Source: Macrostomum lignano
Lineage: Eukaryota
Assembly (NCBI GenBank): GCA_002269645.1
Contig: NIVC01000462.1
Span: 587,516-651,515 of the forward strand
Reading direction: 5' to 3'
DNA length: 64,000 nucleotides
Below the pieces are notes generated by a model that saw nothing but the letters and a program-made list of their open reading frames with translations, was not told the DNA's origin and did no database searches. Made by a program: the position numbers and the translations under genes. Shown piece by piece: positions 1-14,149 of this stretch. Numbering within the stretch: position 1 is the stretch's first letter; each line of letters begins with the position of its first letter.

Positions 1-348
1 TATAGATAGCAAGCACCCCCCAGATATTATAGAAGTATCCTGCAGATAGCAAGCACCCCCAGATATTATAGAAGCATCCACCTAGATAGCAAGCATCCTG
101 CAGATAGCAAGAATCCCTAAATAGCAAGCATCCCTGGATAGAAAGAATCCCATGCATGTAGCCAGTACCCCTCTCCCAAATAGCAAGTATCCCCCTCAAG
201 AGCAAGCATCCACGAGACAGCAAGTAGCTAGTGCAAATGTTACTTCCGCTAATGCAATAATCGCTTTCTCAGGTTGTGCAACAATCCACGTCTCAGCGAG
301 CGCAATAATCTCTTTTTTAGACAGCGCAGTAATCAGCTTCTCAGCTAG

Positions 349-1388
349 TGCAATAATCCTTGGTTTATTAATAGCAATAATCCTTGATTAATCAAGTGCA
401 ATAATCCTTGGTTTATCAAGTGCAATAATCCTTGGTTTATCAAGTGCAGTAATCTTTGGCTTATCAAGTGCAATAATCCTTGGTTTATCAAGTGCAATAA
501 TCCTTTGTTTATCAAGTGCAATAATCCTTGGTTTATCAAGTGCAATAGTCCTTTGTTTATCGAGTGCAGTAATCCTTAGTTTTCCAAGTGCAGTAATCCT
601 TGGTTTATTAAGAGCAATAATCCTTGGCTTATCGAGTGCAGTAATCCTTGGTTTGCCAAGAGCAATAATCCTTGGTTTATCGAGTGCAGTAATCCTTAGT
701 TTTCCAAGTGCAGTAATCCTTGGTTTATTAAGAGCAATAATCCTTGGCTTATCGAGTGCAGTAGTCCTTGGTTTATTAATAGCAATAATCCTTGAATAAT
801 CCAGTGCATTAATCCTTGGCTTATCAAGTGCAACATTCTTTACTATCAAGTGCAATAATCCATGGCTTATCAAGCGCTGTAATCCTTGGCTTATCAAGTG
901 CAATAATCCTTGGTTTATCAAGTGCAATAATCCTTTGTTTATCAAGTGCAATAATCCTTGGTTTATCAAGCGCAGTAATCCTTGGCTTATCAAGTGCAGT
1001 AATCCTTGGTTTATCAAGTGCAATAATCCTTGGTGTATCAAGCGCAGTAATCCTTGGCTTATCAAGTGCAGTAATCCTTGGTTTATCAAGTGCAATAATC
1101 CTTGGTTTATCAAGCGCAGTAATCTTTGGCCTATCAAGTGCAATAATCCTTGGTTTATCAAGTGCAGTAATCCTTGGCCTATCAAGTGCAATATTCCTTG
1201 GTTTATCAAGTGCAATAGTCCTTGGTTTATCGAGTGCAGTAATCCTTGGTTTTCCAAGTGCAATAATCCTTGGCTTCTTGAGTGCAGTAATCCTTGGTTT
1301 GCCAAGAGCAATAGTCCTTGGTTTATCAAGTGCAGTAGTCCTTGGTTTATTAATAGCAATAATCCTTGGCTTATCGAGTGCAGTAATC
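349..1388. repeat. 24-bp satellite Sat1 (gcaataatccttggtttatcaagt), mostly monomeric
   Basis: Direct tandem periodicity; gives the 8-aa periodic ORFs LLHLINQG and LSSAIILG. Confidence 0.97.
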
Positions 1389-1461
1389 TAAGTGTTTTTA
1401 TTTAGTCCTTTAATAAAACCTTTTAATAAAAAATTTTACACTACTACTTTTAAACTACTTA

Positions 1462-1516
1462 GATTCGAACCTAGGTCGCTGCATTAGCAGTCTGGTCTGT
1501 TCAGCTCTAGGCTAGC
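1462..1516 (-). other. tRNA-derived A/B-box segment inside repeat element (copies at 4503-4557, 10150-10204, 14081-14134 degenerate, 16527-16581, 20116-20170)
   Basis: Reverse strand reads gctagcctagagctga...gactgctaat...ggttcgaatc: an A-box-like motif, a tRNA-Ser(GCU)-like anticodon loop and a B-box. There is no closing acceptor stem. Confidence 0.65.
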
Positions 1517-2072
1517 TCTCATCGAAGTTATCAGTGAATTTGTACCACTTATATAATTCAACACTCACACCAAGTCAGGTAGAGTAAAAAGTCTCACGAA
1601 GCAGTTATGACATAATCAATTTCTTAGGCAAGTCAGTACCAGTGTCTATGAAAGTTTACAATATGGTTACGTAATATAAATTCAGTACTGCGCTATGCTT
1701 TCACACTCAAAGCTGTGACGCAATTCAATTGAGTGTCAAATTCAGCCAGTACACAGACGATAAATAAAGTGTATTGTGATGCAATCTATTTCAGAATCAG
1801 AATTCAACCAGTCAGTTTTTCTGCTAGCATTCTTACGATGCATTTCAAGTCGAAAGAGCTGCTTGACCTTTGCAAAAAAGCATGTTTTTCGAATATTTAA
1901 TCCCTTTAGCATCAAGCAATTTCTTAGCCACGATGCATGTACTGTCACGGGAAAATTTCTGATCGAACAGTGCAAGTTCGAAGAAAATCGGTTGAGCCGT
2001 TTTTGCTAAAATCGATCACACACACACACATACACACACACACATACCGACAGACCATTTTTAGTATATTGG

Positions 2073-5053
2073 ACTAGCAATCTTCGCCCCCCGTTGGGGG
2101 ACATCTGTATAGAATCTCTGTTCTCTACAATTAACAAAAAGACAGCCAAAAAATCCTTCACAAATACAACAGACAAACTGCTCAAATGAAGTGAATTGCA
2201 ATAAGAAATCTTCCCAAGACCACAAGCATCCCCCAGATAGCAAGCATCCTCCAGATAGCAAGCATTCTCCCAGATAGCAAGCATTCCCCAGATAGCAAGC
2301 ATCCCCAAGATAGCAAGCATCCCCCAGATAGCAAGCATCCCCAGATAGCAAGCATCCCCCAGATAGCAAACATTCCCCAGATAGCAAGCATCCCCAAGAT
2401 AGCAAGCATCCCCAAGATAGCAAGCATCCCCAAGATAGCAAGCATCCCTCAGATAGCAAGCATCCCCCAGATAGCAAGCATCACTCAGATAGCAAGCATC
2501 CCTCAGATAGCAAGCATCCCTCAGATAGCAAGCATCCCTCAGATAGCAAGCATCCCCCAAATTGCAAGCATCGCCCAGATAGCAAGCATCCCCCAGAAAG
2601 CAAGCATCCTCCAAATAGCAAGCATCCCCCAGATAGCAAACATCCACCAGACAATAAGTAGCTAGAGCGACAATTTCCTTAGCTTTATAGTGGCTCCTTT
2701 AAATTGGCATGGCGCTTTATACCTTTACATTTGAAATTGGATATCTTGAATGTTTGACATGGTGGCTCTTTTATGTTTGAAATAGTGGCTCTTCTATGTT
2801 TGACATGGTGGCTCTTTTATGTTTGACATGGTGGCTCTTCTATGTTTGACATGGTGGCTTTTTTAGGTTTGACATGGTGGCTCTTTTATGTTTGACATGT
2901 TGGCTTTTTAATGTTCGACATGGTGGCTTTTTAATGTTCGACATGGTGGCTTTTTAATGTTCGACATGGTGGCTCCTTTAGGTTTGAAATGGTGGCTCTT
3001 TAATATTTGACAAGGTGGCTCTTTAATGTTTGACATGGTGGCTTTTTAATGTTCGACATGGTGGCTCTTTTAGGTTTGAACCGGTGGCTCTTTAATGTTT
3101 GACATGGTGGCTCTTTAATGTTCGACATGGTGGCTCTTTAATGTTTGACATGGTGTCTGTTTTATGTTTGACATGGTGGCTCTTTAATGTTCGACATGGT
3201 GGCTCTTTAATGTTTGACATGGTAACTCTTTTATGTTTGATATGGTGGCTCTTTTATGTTCGACATGGTGGCTCTTTAATGTTCGACATGGTGGCTCTTT
3301 AATTTTTGAAATGGTGGCTTTTTTTGTTTGACATGGTGGCTTTTTAATGTTCGACATGGTGGCTCTTTTAGGTTTGAACCGGTGGCTCTTTAATGTTTGA
3401 CATGGTGGCTCTTTAATGTTCGACATGGTGGCTCTTTAATTTTTAACATGGTGACTCTTTTATGTTTGATATGGTGGCTCTTTTATGTTCGACATGTTGG
3501 CTCCTTTAGGTTTGAAATATTGGCTTTTTAATGTTTAACATGGTGGCTTTTCTATGTTCGACATGGTGGCTTTTCTATGTTCGACATGGTGGCTCTTGTA
3601 TGTTCGACATGGTGGCTCTTTTAATGGTCGACATGGTGGCTCTTTAATGTTCTTCATGTTGGCTCTTTTATGTTTGACATGGTGGCTTTTTTATGTTTGA
3701 CATGGTGGCTCTTTTATGTTCTACATAGCTGCTCTTTTATGTTCGACATGGTGGCTCTTGTATGTTCGACATGGTCGCTCTTTTAGGTTTGAAATGGTGG
3801 CTCTTTAATATTTGACAAGGTGGCCCTTTAATGTTTAACATGGCGGCTCTTTAATGTTCGACATGGTGGCTCTTTAATGTTCTTAATGGTGTCTGTTTTA
3901 TGTTTGACATGGTTGCTCTTTATTGTTCGACATGGTGGCTCTTTAATTTTTAACATAGTAACTCTTTTATGTTTGACATGGTGGCTATTGAATGTTCGAC
4001 ATGGTTGCTCTTTAATGTTCGACATGGTTGCTCTTTAATGTTTGACATGGTAACTCTTTTATGTTTAATATGGTGGCTCTTTTATGTTCGACATGGTGGC
4101 TCTTTAATTTTCGACATGGTGGCTCCTTTAGGTTTGAAATGGTGGCTCTTTAATGTTTGACATTGTGGCTCTTTAATGTTCGACATGGTAGCTCCTTTAG
4201 GTTTGAAATGGTGGCTCTTTAATGTTCTTAATGGTGTCGGTTTTATGTTTGACATGGTGGCTCTTCTATGTTCGACATGGTGGCTCTTTAAAGTTTGACA
4301 TGGTGGCTCTTTAATTTTCGAAATGGTGGCTGTTTTATGTTTGACAAGGTGGCTCTTTTATGTTCGACATGGTGGTTCTTTAATGTTCGACATGGTGGCT
4401 CCTTTAGGTTTGACATGGTGGCTCTTCTATTGCGCTTTTTTTATGTTTAGCAGTTTTTTGATTTTAAGGTGTTTTAATAAAAAAATTATTTTGCGCTTCT
4501 AAGATTCGAACCCAGGTCGCTACATTAGCATTCCAGTCTGTTCGCATCAGGGCTATCTCTTTTCAATTGGAGAACATGAATTGTGGCCCTTATAATTCAA
4601 TTCTTACAGCAAGTCAATTGGAGTAAAAAGTTATGACATAATCAATTTCTCAGTCAGCCAGTATCAGTCTCACTTCAAGTTAGCAATATGGTTACGCAAT
4701 TTAAATCATGTCGTATGTGCATTTCTTCGGCACTGTTTTCAACTTGTTGTGATGCAATCTTTATCACAATCGGAATTCAGCCAGTCAGATTTTTCTCTAG
4801 CATTCTTACAATGCATTTCAAGTCGAAAATTTGGCTTGACCTTTGCAAAAAAGCGTGTTTTTCGAATATTTAATCCCTTTAACATTGAGCAATTTCTTAG
4901 CCAAGATGCATGTACTGTGCCAGGAAAATTTCTGATCGAATGGTGCAAGTTCGAAGAAAATCGGTTGAGCCATTTTTTCTGAAATCAATCGCATACCCAT
5001 ATACCTACATACATACATACATACATACAGACAACTCATTTTTAGTATATTGG
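2073..5053 (+). mobile_element. HINE/Helentron-like element, unit B (complete)
   Basis: Starts actagcaatcttcg with a cccccc-gtt-ggggg hairpin. Then 18-bp minisatellite 2222-2650, 23-bp Sat2 2750-4430, tRNA-like 4503-4557, core 4750-4980, (ACAT)n and ttttagtatattgg. Confidence 0.65.
2750..4430. repeat. 23-bp satellite Sat2 (gtttgacatggtggctctttaat)
   Basis: Direct tandem periodicity; also at 5715-6198 and 18300-20100. Confidence 0.97.
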
Positions 5054-6199
5054 ACTAGCAATCTTCGCCCCCCGTTGGGGGACATCTGTATAGAATCTCT
5101 GTTCTCTACAAGTAACAAAAAGATAGCGAAATAAAGCCTTCACAAAGAAAACAGACAAAATACTCAAATGAAGTGCAATGCAAAAAGAAATCATCCCAAG
5201 ACAGCAAGCATCCCCCAGATTGCAAGCATCCCCCAGATAGCAAGCATCCCCCAGATAGCAAGCATCCCCAAGATAGCAAGCGTCCCCCAGATAGCAAGCA
5301 TCCCCAAGATAGCAAGCATCCCCCAGATAGCAAGCATCCCCAGATAGCAAGCATCCCCCAGATAGCAAGCATCCCCCAGATAGCAAGCATCCCCCAGATA
5401 GCAAGCATCCCCCAGATAGCAAGCATCCCCCAGATAGCAAGCATCCCCCAGATAGCAAGCATCCCCCAGATAGCAAGCATCCCCCAGATAGCAAGCATCC
5501 CCCAGATAGCAAGCATCCCCAAGATAGATAGCATCCCCAAATAGCAAGCATCCCCAAGATAGATAGCATCCCCAAATAGCAAGCATCCTCAAGATAGATA
5601 GCATCCCCAAATAGCAAGCATCCACCAGACAATAAGTAGCTAGTGCGACAATTTCCTTAGCATTATAGCGGCTCCTTTAAAATTCGCTTACTTTTACGTT
5701 TGCTATTGTGTATCTTTTATGTTTAACAGGGTGGCTCTTTTACGTTCTACATTGTGGCTCTTTTTTGTTCTACATGGTAACTCTTTTATGTTTGATACGG
5801 TGGCTTTTCAATGTCTGACATGGTGGCTCTTCTATATGTTTGACATGGTGGCTCTTCTATGTTTGACATGGTGGCTCTTCTATGTTTGACATGGTGGCTC
5901 TTCTATGTTTGACATGGTGGCTCTTCTATGTTTGACATGGTGGCTCTTCCATGTTAGACATGTTAGACAAAGTGGCTCTTTAATGTTTGACATGGTGGCT
6001 CTTTTATGTTCGAAATGGTGGCTCTTAAATGTTTGACATGGTGGCTCTTTAATGTTTGACATGGTGGCTCTTTATTGTTTGACATAAAGTCACTTATATG
6101 TTTGACATAAAATCACTTATATGTTTGACATGGTGGTTCTTTATTATTCTACATTGTGGCTCTTTTATGTTCGACATGGTGGCTCTTTTAGGTTTGACA
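5054..6199 (+). mobile_element. HINE/Helentron-like element, unit C (3' truncated by unit D)
   Basis: Same 5' hairpin terminus as unit B, minisatellite 5200-5630 and Sat2 5715-6198. It ends abruptly where unit D starts. Confidence 0.6.
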
Positions 6200-9100
6200 A
6201 TCTAGTGTGGCCCCCTTCGGGGCGCCCAATAAGAAAATGAGCAAAAATAGTTCATGGAAAACAATAAAAAAGCACATTTTCTTAAACACGAATTCCTTCT
6301 TCACTTTTAAAAATCACCTTAGCTCGTATTCGGGTAAAATTGTTACGGACAAATTTGTTTGCAAAGTGAAAGAATCACTTTTTCTCTAAAATTAACAAAC
6401 AGACAACAAAATATAGCTTCCCCTAAATAGAAAATATTCCCAAGACAGCAAGCACCCCCTCCAAAAGTAAACAACCGCAGATAGCAAGCATCCTCTGATG
6501 CTCATAGCAAGCATCACCCCAGATAGCAAGCATCTGCAAATAGCAAGAATTCCTAAATAGCAAGCATCCCTGGATAGAAAGAATCCCATACATGTAGCCA
6601 GTACCCCCCCCCCTCCCAAATAGCAAGTATCCCCCTCGAGAGCAAGCATCCTCCAGATAGCAAGCATACGCGAGACAGCAAGTAGCTAGTGCAAATGTTA
6701 CCTCCGCTAATGCAATAATCGCTTTCTCAGGTTGTGCAACAATCCACGTCTCAGTGAGCGCAATAATCTCTTTTTTTAGACAGCGCAATAATCAGCTTCT
6801 CAGCTAGTGCAATAATCCTTTACTCATCAAGTCCAAAAATCGATGTCTCAGCTAGTGCAATAGCCTTTTCTAATCTAGTGCAATAATCCTTGGCTTATCG
6901 AGGGCAATAATCCTTGGCTTATCGAGGGCAATAATCCTTGGTTTATTAATAGCAATAATCCTTGGCTTATCGAGTGCAGTAATCCTTGGTTTATTAATAG
7001 CAATAATCCTTGGCTTATCGAGTGCAGTAATCCTTGGTTTATTAATAGCAATAATCCTTGGCTTATCGAGTGCAGTAATCCTTGGTTTATTAATAGCAAT
7101 AATCCTTGATTAATCAAGTGCATTAATCCTTGGTTTATTAATAGCAATAATCCTTGGCTTCTTGAGTGCAGTAATCCTTGGTTTGCCAAGAGCAATAGTC
7201 CTTGATTAATCAAGTGCATTAATCCTTGGTTTATTAATAGCAATAATCCTTGGCTTCTTGAGTGCAGTAATCCTTGGTTTGCCAAGAGCAATAGTTCTTG
7301 GTTTATCGAGTGCAGTAATCCTTGGTTTATTAATAGCAATAATCCTTGGCTTATTGAGTGCAGTAATCCTTGGTTTATTAATAGCAATAATCCTTGGCTT
7401 ATCGAGTGCAGTAATCCTTGGTTTATTAATAGCAATAATCCTTGGCTTATCGAGTGCAGTAATCCTTGGTTTATTAATAGCAATAATCCTTGGCTTATTG
7501 AGTGCAGTAATCCTTGGCTTATTGAGTGCAGTAATCCTTGTTTATTAATAGCAATAATCCTTGGCTAATTGAGTGCAGTAATCCTTGGTTTATTAATAGC
7601 AATAATCCTTGGCTTATCGAGTGCAGTAATCGTTGGTTTATTATTAGCAATAATCCTTGATTAATCAAGTGCATTAATCCTTGGTTTATTAATAGCAATA
7701 ATCCTTGGCTTCTTGAGTGCAGTAATCCTTGGTTTGCCAAGAGCAATAGTCCTTGGTTTATCGAGTGCAGTAATCATTGGTTTATTAATAGCAATAATCC
7801 TTAGCTTATCGAGTGCAGTAATCCTTGGTTATTAATAGCAATAATCCTTGGCTTATTGAGTGCAGTAATCCTTGGTTTATTAATAGCAATAATCCTTGGC
7901 TTATTGAGTGCAGTAATCCTTGGTTTATTATTAGCAATAATCCTTGGCTTATTGAGTGCAGTAATCCTTGGTTTATTAATAGCAATAATCCTTGGCTTAT
8001 TGAGTGCAGTAATCCTTGGTTTATTAATAGCAATAATCCTTGGCTTATCGAGTGCAGTAATCCTTGGTTTATTAATAGCAATAATCCTTGGCTTATTGAG
8101 TGCAGTAATCCTTGGTTTATTAATAGCAATAATCCTTGGCTTATTGAGTGCAGTAATCCTTGGTTTATTAATAGCAATAATCCTTGGCTTATCGAGTGCA
8201 GTAATCCTTGGTTTATTAATAGCAATAATCCTTGGCTTATCGAGTGCAGTAATCCTTGGTTTATTAATAGCAATAATCCATGGCTTATCGAGTGCAGTAA
8301 TCCTTGGTTTGCCAAGAGCAATAGTCCTTGGCTTATCGAGTGCAGTAATCCTGGTTTGCAAGAGCAATAGTCCTTGGTTTATTGAGTGCAGTAATCCTTG
8401 TTTTATTAATAGCAATAGTCCATGGCTTATCGAGTGCAGTAATCCTTGGTTTGCCAAGAGCAATAGTCCTTGGCTTATCGAGTGCAGTAATCCTTGGTTT
8501 GCCAAGAGCAATAGTCCTTGGTTTATTGAGTGCAGTAATCCTTGGTTTATTAATAGCAATAGTCCTTTGTTTATTGAGTGCAGTAATCCTTGGTTTATTA
8601 ATAGCAATAATCCTTGGCTTATCGAGTGCAGTAATCCTTGGTTTATTAATAGCAATAATCCTTGGCTTATTGAGTGCAGTAATCCTTGGTTTATTAATAG
8701 CAATAATCCTTGGCTTATCGAGTGCAGTAATCCTTGGTTTATTAATAGCAATAATCCTTGGCTTATCGAGTGCAGTAATCCTTGGTTTATTAATAGCAAT
8801 AATCCTTGATTAATCAAGTGCATTAATCCTTGGTTTATTAATAGCAATAATCCTTGGCTTATTGAGTGCAGTAATCCTTGGTTTATTAATAGCAATAATC
8901 CTTGGCTTATTGAGTGCAGTAATCCTTGGTTTGCCAAGAGCAATAGTCCTTGGCTTATCGAGTGCAGTAATCCTTGGTTTGCCAAGAGCAATAGTCCTTG
9001 GTTTATTGAGTGCAGTAATCCTTGGTTTATTAATAGCAATAGTCCTTGGTTTATTGAGTGCAGTAATCCTTGGTTTATTAATAGCAATAATCCTTGGTTT

Positions 9101-10747
9101 ATTGAGTGCAGTAATCCTTGGTTTATTAATAGCAATAATCCTTGGCTTATCGAGTGCAGTAATCCTTGGTTTATTAATAGCAATAATCCTTGGCTTATCG
9201 AGTGCAGTAATCCTTGGTTTATTAATAGCAATAATCCTTGGCTTATCGGGTGCAGTAATCCTTGGTTTATTAATAGCAATAATCCTTGATTAATCAAGTG
9301 CATTAATCCTTGGTTTATTAATAGCAATAATCCTTGTCTTATCGAGTGCAGTAATCCTTGGTTTATTAATAGCAATAATCCTTGGCTTATCGAGTGCAGT
9401 AATCCTTGGTTTATTAATAGCAATAATCCTTGGCTTATTGAGTGCAGTAATCCTTGGTTTATTAATAGCAATAATCCTTGGCTTATCGAGTGCAGTAATC
9501 CTTGGTTTATTAATAGCAATAATCCTTGGCTTATCGAGTGCAGTAATCCTTGGTTTATTAATAGCAATAATCCTTGGCTTATTGAGTGCAGTAATCCTTG
9601 GTTTATTAATAGCAATAATCCTTGGCTTATCGAGTGCAGTAATCCTTGGTTTATTAATAGCAATAATCCATGGCTTATCGAGTGCAGTAATCCTTGGTTT
9701 GCCAAGAGCAATAGTCCTTGGCTTATCGAGTGCAGTAATCCTTGGTTTGCCAAGAGCAATAGTCCTTGGTTTATTGAGTGCAGTAATCCTTGGTTTATTA
9801 ATAGCAATAGTCCATGGCTTATCGAGTGCAGTAATCCTTGGTTTATTAATAGCAATAATCCTTGGCTTATTGAGTGCAGTAATCCTTGGTTTGCCAAGAG
9901 CAATAGTCCTTGGTTTATTGAGTGCAGTAATCCTTGGTTTATTAATAGCAATAGTCCTTGGTTTATTGAGTGCAGTAATCCTTGGTTTATTAATAGCAAT
10001 AATCCTTGGCTTATCGAGTGCAGTATTCCTCGGTTTGCCAAGAGCAATAATCCTTAGCTTATCGAGTGCAGTAATCTAAGTGTTTTTATTTAGTCCTTTA
10101 ATAAAAGCTTTTAATAAAAAATTTTACACTACTACTTTTAAACTACTTAGATTCGAACCCAGGTCGCTGCATTATCAGTCTGGTCTGCTCAGCTCTAGGC
10201 TAGCTCTCATCGAAGTTATCAGTGAATTTGTACCACTTATATAATTCAACACTCACACCAAGTCAGGTAGAGTAAAAAGTCACGCAAAGCAGTTATGACA
10301 TAATCAATTTCTTAGGCAAGTCAGTACCAGTGTCTATGAAAGCTAACAATATGGTTACGTAATATAAATTCAGTACTGCACTATACATTCACACTCAAAG
10401 CTGTGACGCAATTCAATTGAGTGTCAAATTCAGCCAGTACACAGACGATAAATAAAGTGTATTGTGATGCAATCTATTTCAGAATCAGAATTCAACCAGT
10501 CAGTTTTTTCTCTAGCATTTTTACAGTGCGTTTCAAGTCGAAATAGCTGCTTGACCTTTGCAAAAAAGCATGTTTTTCGAATATTTAATCCCTTTAGCAT
10601 CGAGCAATTTCTTAGCCACGATGCATGTACCGTCACGGAAAAATTTCTGATCGAATGGTGCAAGTTTGAACAAAATCGGTTGAGCCATTTTTGCTAAAAT
10701 CGATCACACACACACACACATACCGACAGACCATTTTTAGTATATGG
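6200..10747 (+). mobile_element. HINE/Helentron-like element, unit D
   Basis: Variant terminus atctagtgtgg-ccccc-ttc-gggg, minisatellite ~6430-6680, Sat1 6880-10076, tRNA-like 10150-10204, core, (CA)n and ttttagtatatgg. Confidence 0.6.
6880..10076. repeat. Sat1 array organised as a 48-bp dimer (gcaataatccttggcttatcgagt + gcagtaatccttggtttattaata)
   Basis: Strict alternation of two 24-bp monomers; 16-aa periodic ORFs; a local 480-bp higher-order period (the 8382-8813 pattern recurs at 8862-9293). Confidence 0.97.
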
Positions 10748-13700
10748 ACTAGCAATCTACGCCCCCCGTTGGGGAGCCAAAGAAATGCAATACACGTTTT
10801 TTTAATAAGCTACATGTATCCTTGAAATCTTAAAAAATCTCCTATCAAACCTTGTAAGCCTTGACATGTCAGTAATTCCCCCCACAAGCTTTAACATATC
10901 AACTTCCCCCTTGACATCTCAGCATGCCCCCAATAAGCCTTGGAAATCTAAAAATATCTGTCAACCTTCTAACCCTAACCCTAACCTAACCCTAAAGCAT
11001 TGAAATTTCAGTAATTCTCTCTAAGAGTCATTATAGCACTACTACAGCATTATAGCGATTCCCTGCAAGCCTCGACATCGTAGGGATTCCCAAATGAATA
11101 TCTTAACTTCGACATGAAGCTTCTTTTATTTTTTACATTACGCTTTTTTAATCAGCGATCCCTCCCCTGAGGAGGCATCAAATAATGTAATAAAAAGTTT
11201 TCAATAAACTACATGTAGCTTCTGACTTTAGCCTTGAAATCTCATTTATACCCCCGTGAGCCTTGACATCTCAGCTATTCCCCCGTAAGCCTTAACATGT
11301 CAGCGATGGCGCCCATAAACCTTGAAATCTGAAAAATTCCCTGCTAACCTTGAAACTCGATAAAATATAACCCTCAACCCACACCTGACCTAAACCTAAC
11401 TTTAACCCAACATAAAAGCCTTGAAATCTCAGCAATTCTTCTCCCCTAAGCCTTGACATTTTAGTGATTCCTTCTTTAAGAATCACAGCACTATAACGAT
11501 TTCCACCTAGCTTTGACATCGTAGCAATTCCCAAATGAATCTTTTAACTTCGACATGACTTTTCTTTTATGTATATATAGTGCTACTTTTATTTTTTACA
11601 TGACTCTTCTTCTATCAGCGCCTCCCGTGGCGAGCCAACAAAGAATGCAATAAAAAAATTGAGTAAAGTACATGAACTTTGAATTAGCTACTGACTTTTG
11701 CTTTGACATCTCAGAAACCCCCCCCGTAATCTCAGTTATTCTCTGAGAGCCTTGACGTCTCAGTTTTTCTCCCAGCACAGCATTATAGCTGCATTTAATT
11801 TTTCCATGACACCTTTCATGTCTGACATGACGCTTCTTTTATTCTACTATGATGCTTCTTAATTTTTTAAATGACACTTTCATTAGTTTTTAAATGACGC
11901 TTCTATGATTTTTTCATGACGCTTCTATGATTTTAACATGACGCTTCTATGATTTTTTCATGACGCTTCTATGATTGTTTACATGACGCTTCTATGATTG
12001 TTTATATGACGCTTCTATGATTTTTAAAATGACGCTTCTATGATTTTTTAAATGACGCTTCTATGATTGTTTACATAACGCTTTTATGATTTTTACATGA
12101 CGCTTGTATGATTGTTTACATGACGCTTCTATGATTTTTTACATGACTCTTCTATGATTTTTACATGGCGCTTCTATGATTGTTTACATGGCGCTTCTAT
12201 GATTGTTTACATGACGCTTCTATGATTGTTTATATGACGCTTCTATGATTTTTTACATGACGCTTCTATGATTGTTTACACGATGCTTCTATGATTTTTT
12301 TCATGACGCTTCTATGATTTTTACATGACGCTTCTATGATTTTTACATGACGCTTCTATGATTTTTACATGACGCTTCTATGATTGTTTACATGACGCTT
12401 CTATGATTGTTTATATGACGCTTCTATGATTTTTTACATGACGCTTCTATGATTTTTTACATGACGCTTCTATGATTGTTTACACGATGCTTCTATGATT
12501 TTTTACATGACGCTTCTATGATTTTTACATGACGCTTCTATGATTATTTCATGACGCTTCTACGATTTCTGCAGACGCTTCAATGATTTTTACATGACGC
12601 TTCTATGATTTTTACATGACGCTTCTATGATTGTTTGCATGACGCTTCTATGATTGTTTATATGACGCTTCTATGCTTTTTACATGACGCTTCTATGATT
12701 TTTTACATGACGCTACTATGATTTTTACATGACGCTTCTATGATTGTTTACATGACGCTTCTATGATTGTTTACATGACGCTTCTATGATTGTTTACATG
12801 ACGCTTCTATGATTGTTTACATGTCGCTTCTATGATTTTTAATGACGTTTTTGATTTTTATATGACGCTCTATGATTTTTTAAATGACGCTTCTATGATT
12901 TTTATATTACGCTCTTACGATTTTTTACATGACGCTTCTATGATTTTTACATGACGCTTTAATGATTTTTTCATGACGCTTCTACGATTTTTTACAAGAA
13001 GCTTCTATGATTGTTTACATGACGCTTCTATGATTGTTTGCATGACGCTTCTATGATTGTTTACATGACGCTTCTATGATTTTTTACATGACACTTCTAT
13101 GATTTTTACATGATGCTTCTACGATTTTTACATGACACTTCTATGATTTTTTAAATGACGCTTCTACGATTTTTTACATGACGCTTTATGATGTTTTAGA
13201 TGACGCTTCTATGATTTTTTACATGACGCTTCTATGATTTTTACATGACGCTTCTATGATTGTTTACACGATGCTTCTATGATTTTTTACATGACGCTTC
13301 TATGATTTTTTACATGACACTTCTATGCTTTTTACATGACGCTTCACGATTTTTTACATGACACTTCTATGATTTTTAAATGACGCTTCTACGATTTTTT
13401 ACATGACGCTTTATGATGTTTTAGATGACGCTTCTATGATTTTTACATGACGCTTCTATGATTTTTACATGACGCTTCTATGATTGTTTACACGATGCTT
13501 CTATGATTTTTACATGACGCTTCTATGATTTTTACATGACGCTTCTATGATTGTTTACATGACGCTTCTATGATTGTTTATATGACGCTTCTATGATTTT
13601 TACATGACGCTTCTATGATTTTTTACATGACGCTTCTATGATTGTTTACACAATGCTTCTATGATTTTTTACATGACGCTTCTATGATTTTTTACATGAC

Positions 13701-14140
13701 GCTTCTATGATTTTTTACATGACGCTTCTATGATTATTTCATGACGCTTCTACGATTTCTGCAGGACGCTTCAATGATTTTTACATGACACCTCTATGAT
13801 TTTTACATGACGCTTCTATGATTTTTTACATGACGTTTTTTTGATTTTTATATGACGCCTCTATGATTTTTTAAATGACGCTTCTATGATTGTTTACATT
13901 ACGCTTCTATGATTTTTACATGACGCTTCTATGATTTTTACATGACGCTTCTATGATTGTTTACATGACGCTTCTATGATTGTTTACATGACGCTTGTAT
14001 GATTGTTTACATGACGCTTCCATAATTTTTTTTGTCTTGGCGTTAAAAGGCTTTAATTAAAAAAACTCTACTCTCTAAAAATTCGAACCATCGTCCCTGC
14101 ATTTAGCAGTTTAGTCTGTTTACCTCTAGGCTAGCTCTCA
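10748..14140 (+). mobile_element. HINE/Helentron-like element, unit E (different internal sequence, 3' truncated)
   Basis: Same actagcaatc plus hairpin terminus, degenerate agccttgacatctcag repeats 10840-11800, Sat3 11830-14022 and a degenerate tRNA-like segment 14081-14134. Confidence 0.55.
11830..14022. repeat. 22-23-bp satellite Sat3 (atgacgcttctatgattttttac)
   Basis: Direct tandem periodicity; no long ORFs. Confidence 0.97.
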
Positions 14141-14149
14141 TGAATTTTA

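Larger units (their letters stand above)
1..2072 (+). mobile_element. HINE/Helentron-like non-autonomous element, unit A (5' end outside window)
   Basis: GATAGCAAGC minisatellite (1-230), 24-bp satellite (349-1388), antisense tRNA-like segment (1462-1516), conserved core (~1775-2010), (CA)n, and terminal ttttagtatattgg. The same module order recurs in later units. Confidence 0.6.

Noticed and set aside
1462-1516. Functional tRNA-Ser gene
   Set aside because: There is no acceptor stem or long variable arm, and the anticodon region varies between copies, so it is treated as tRNA-derived.
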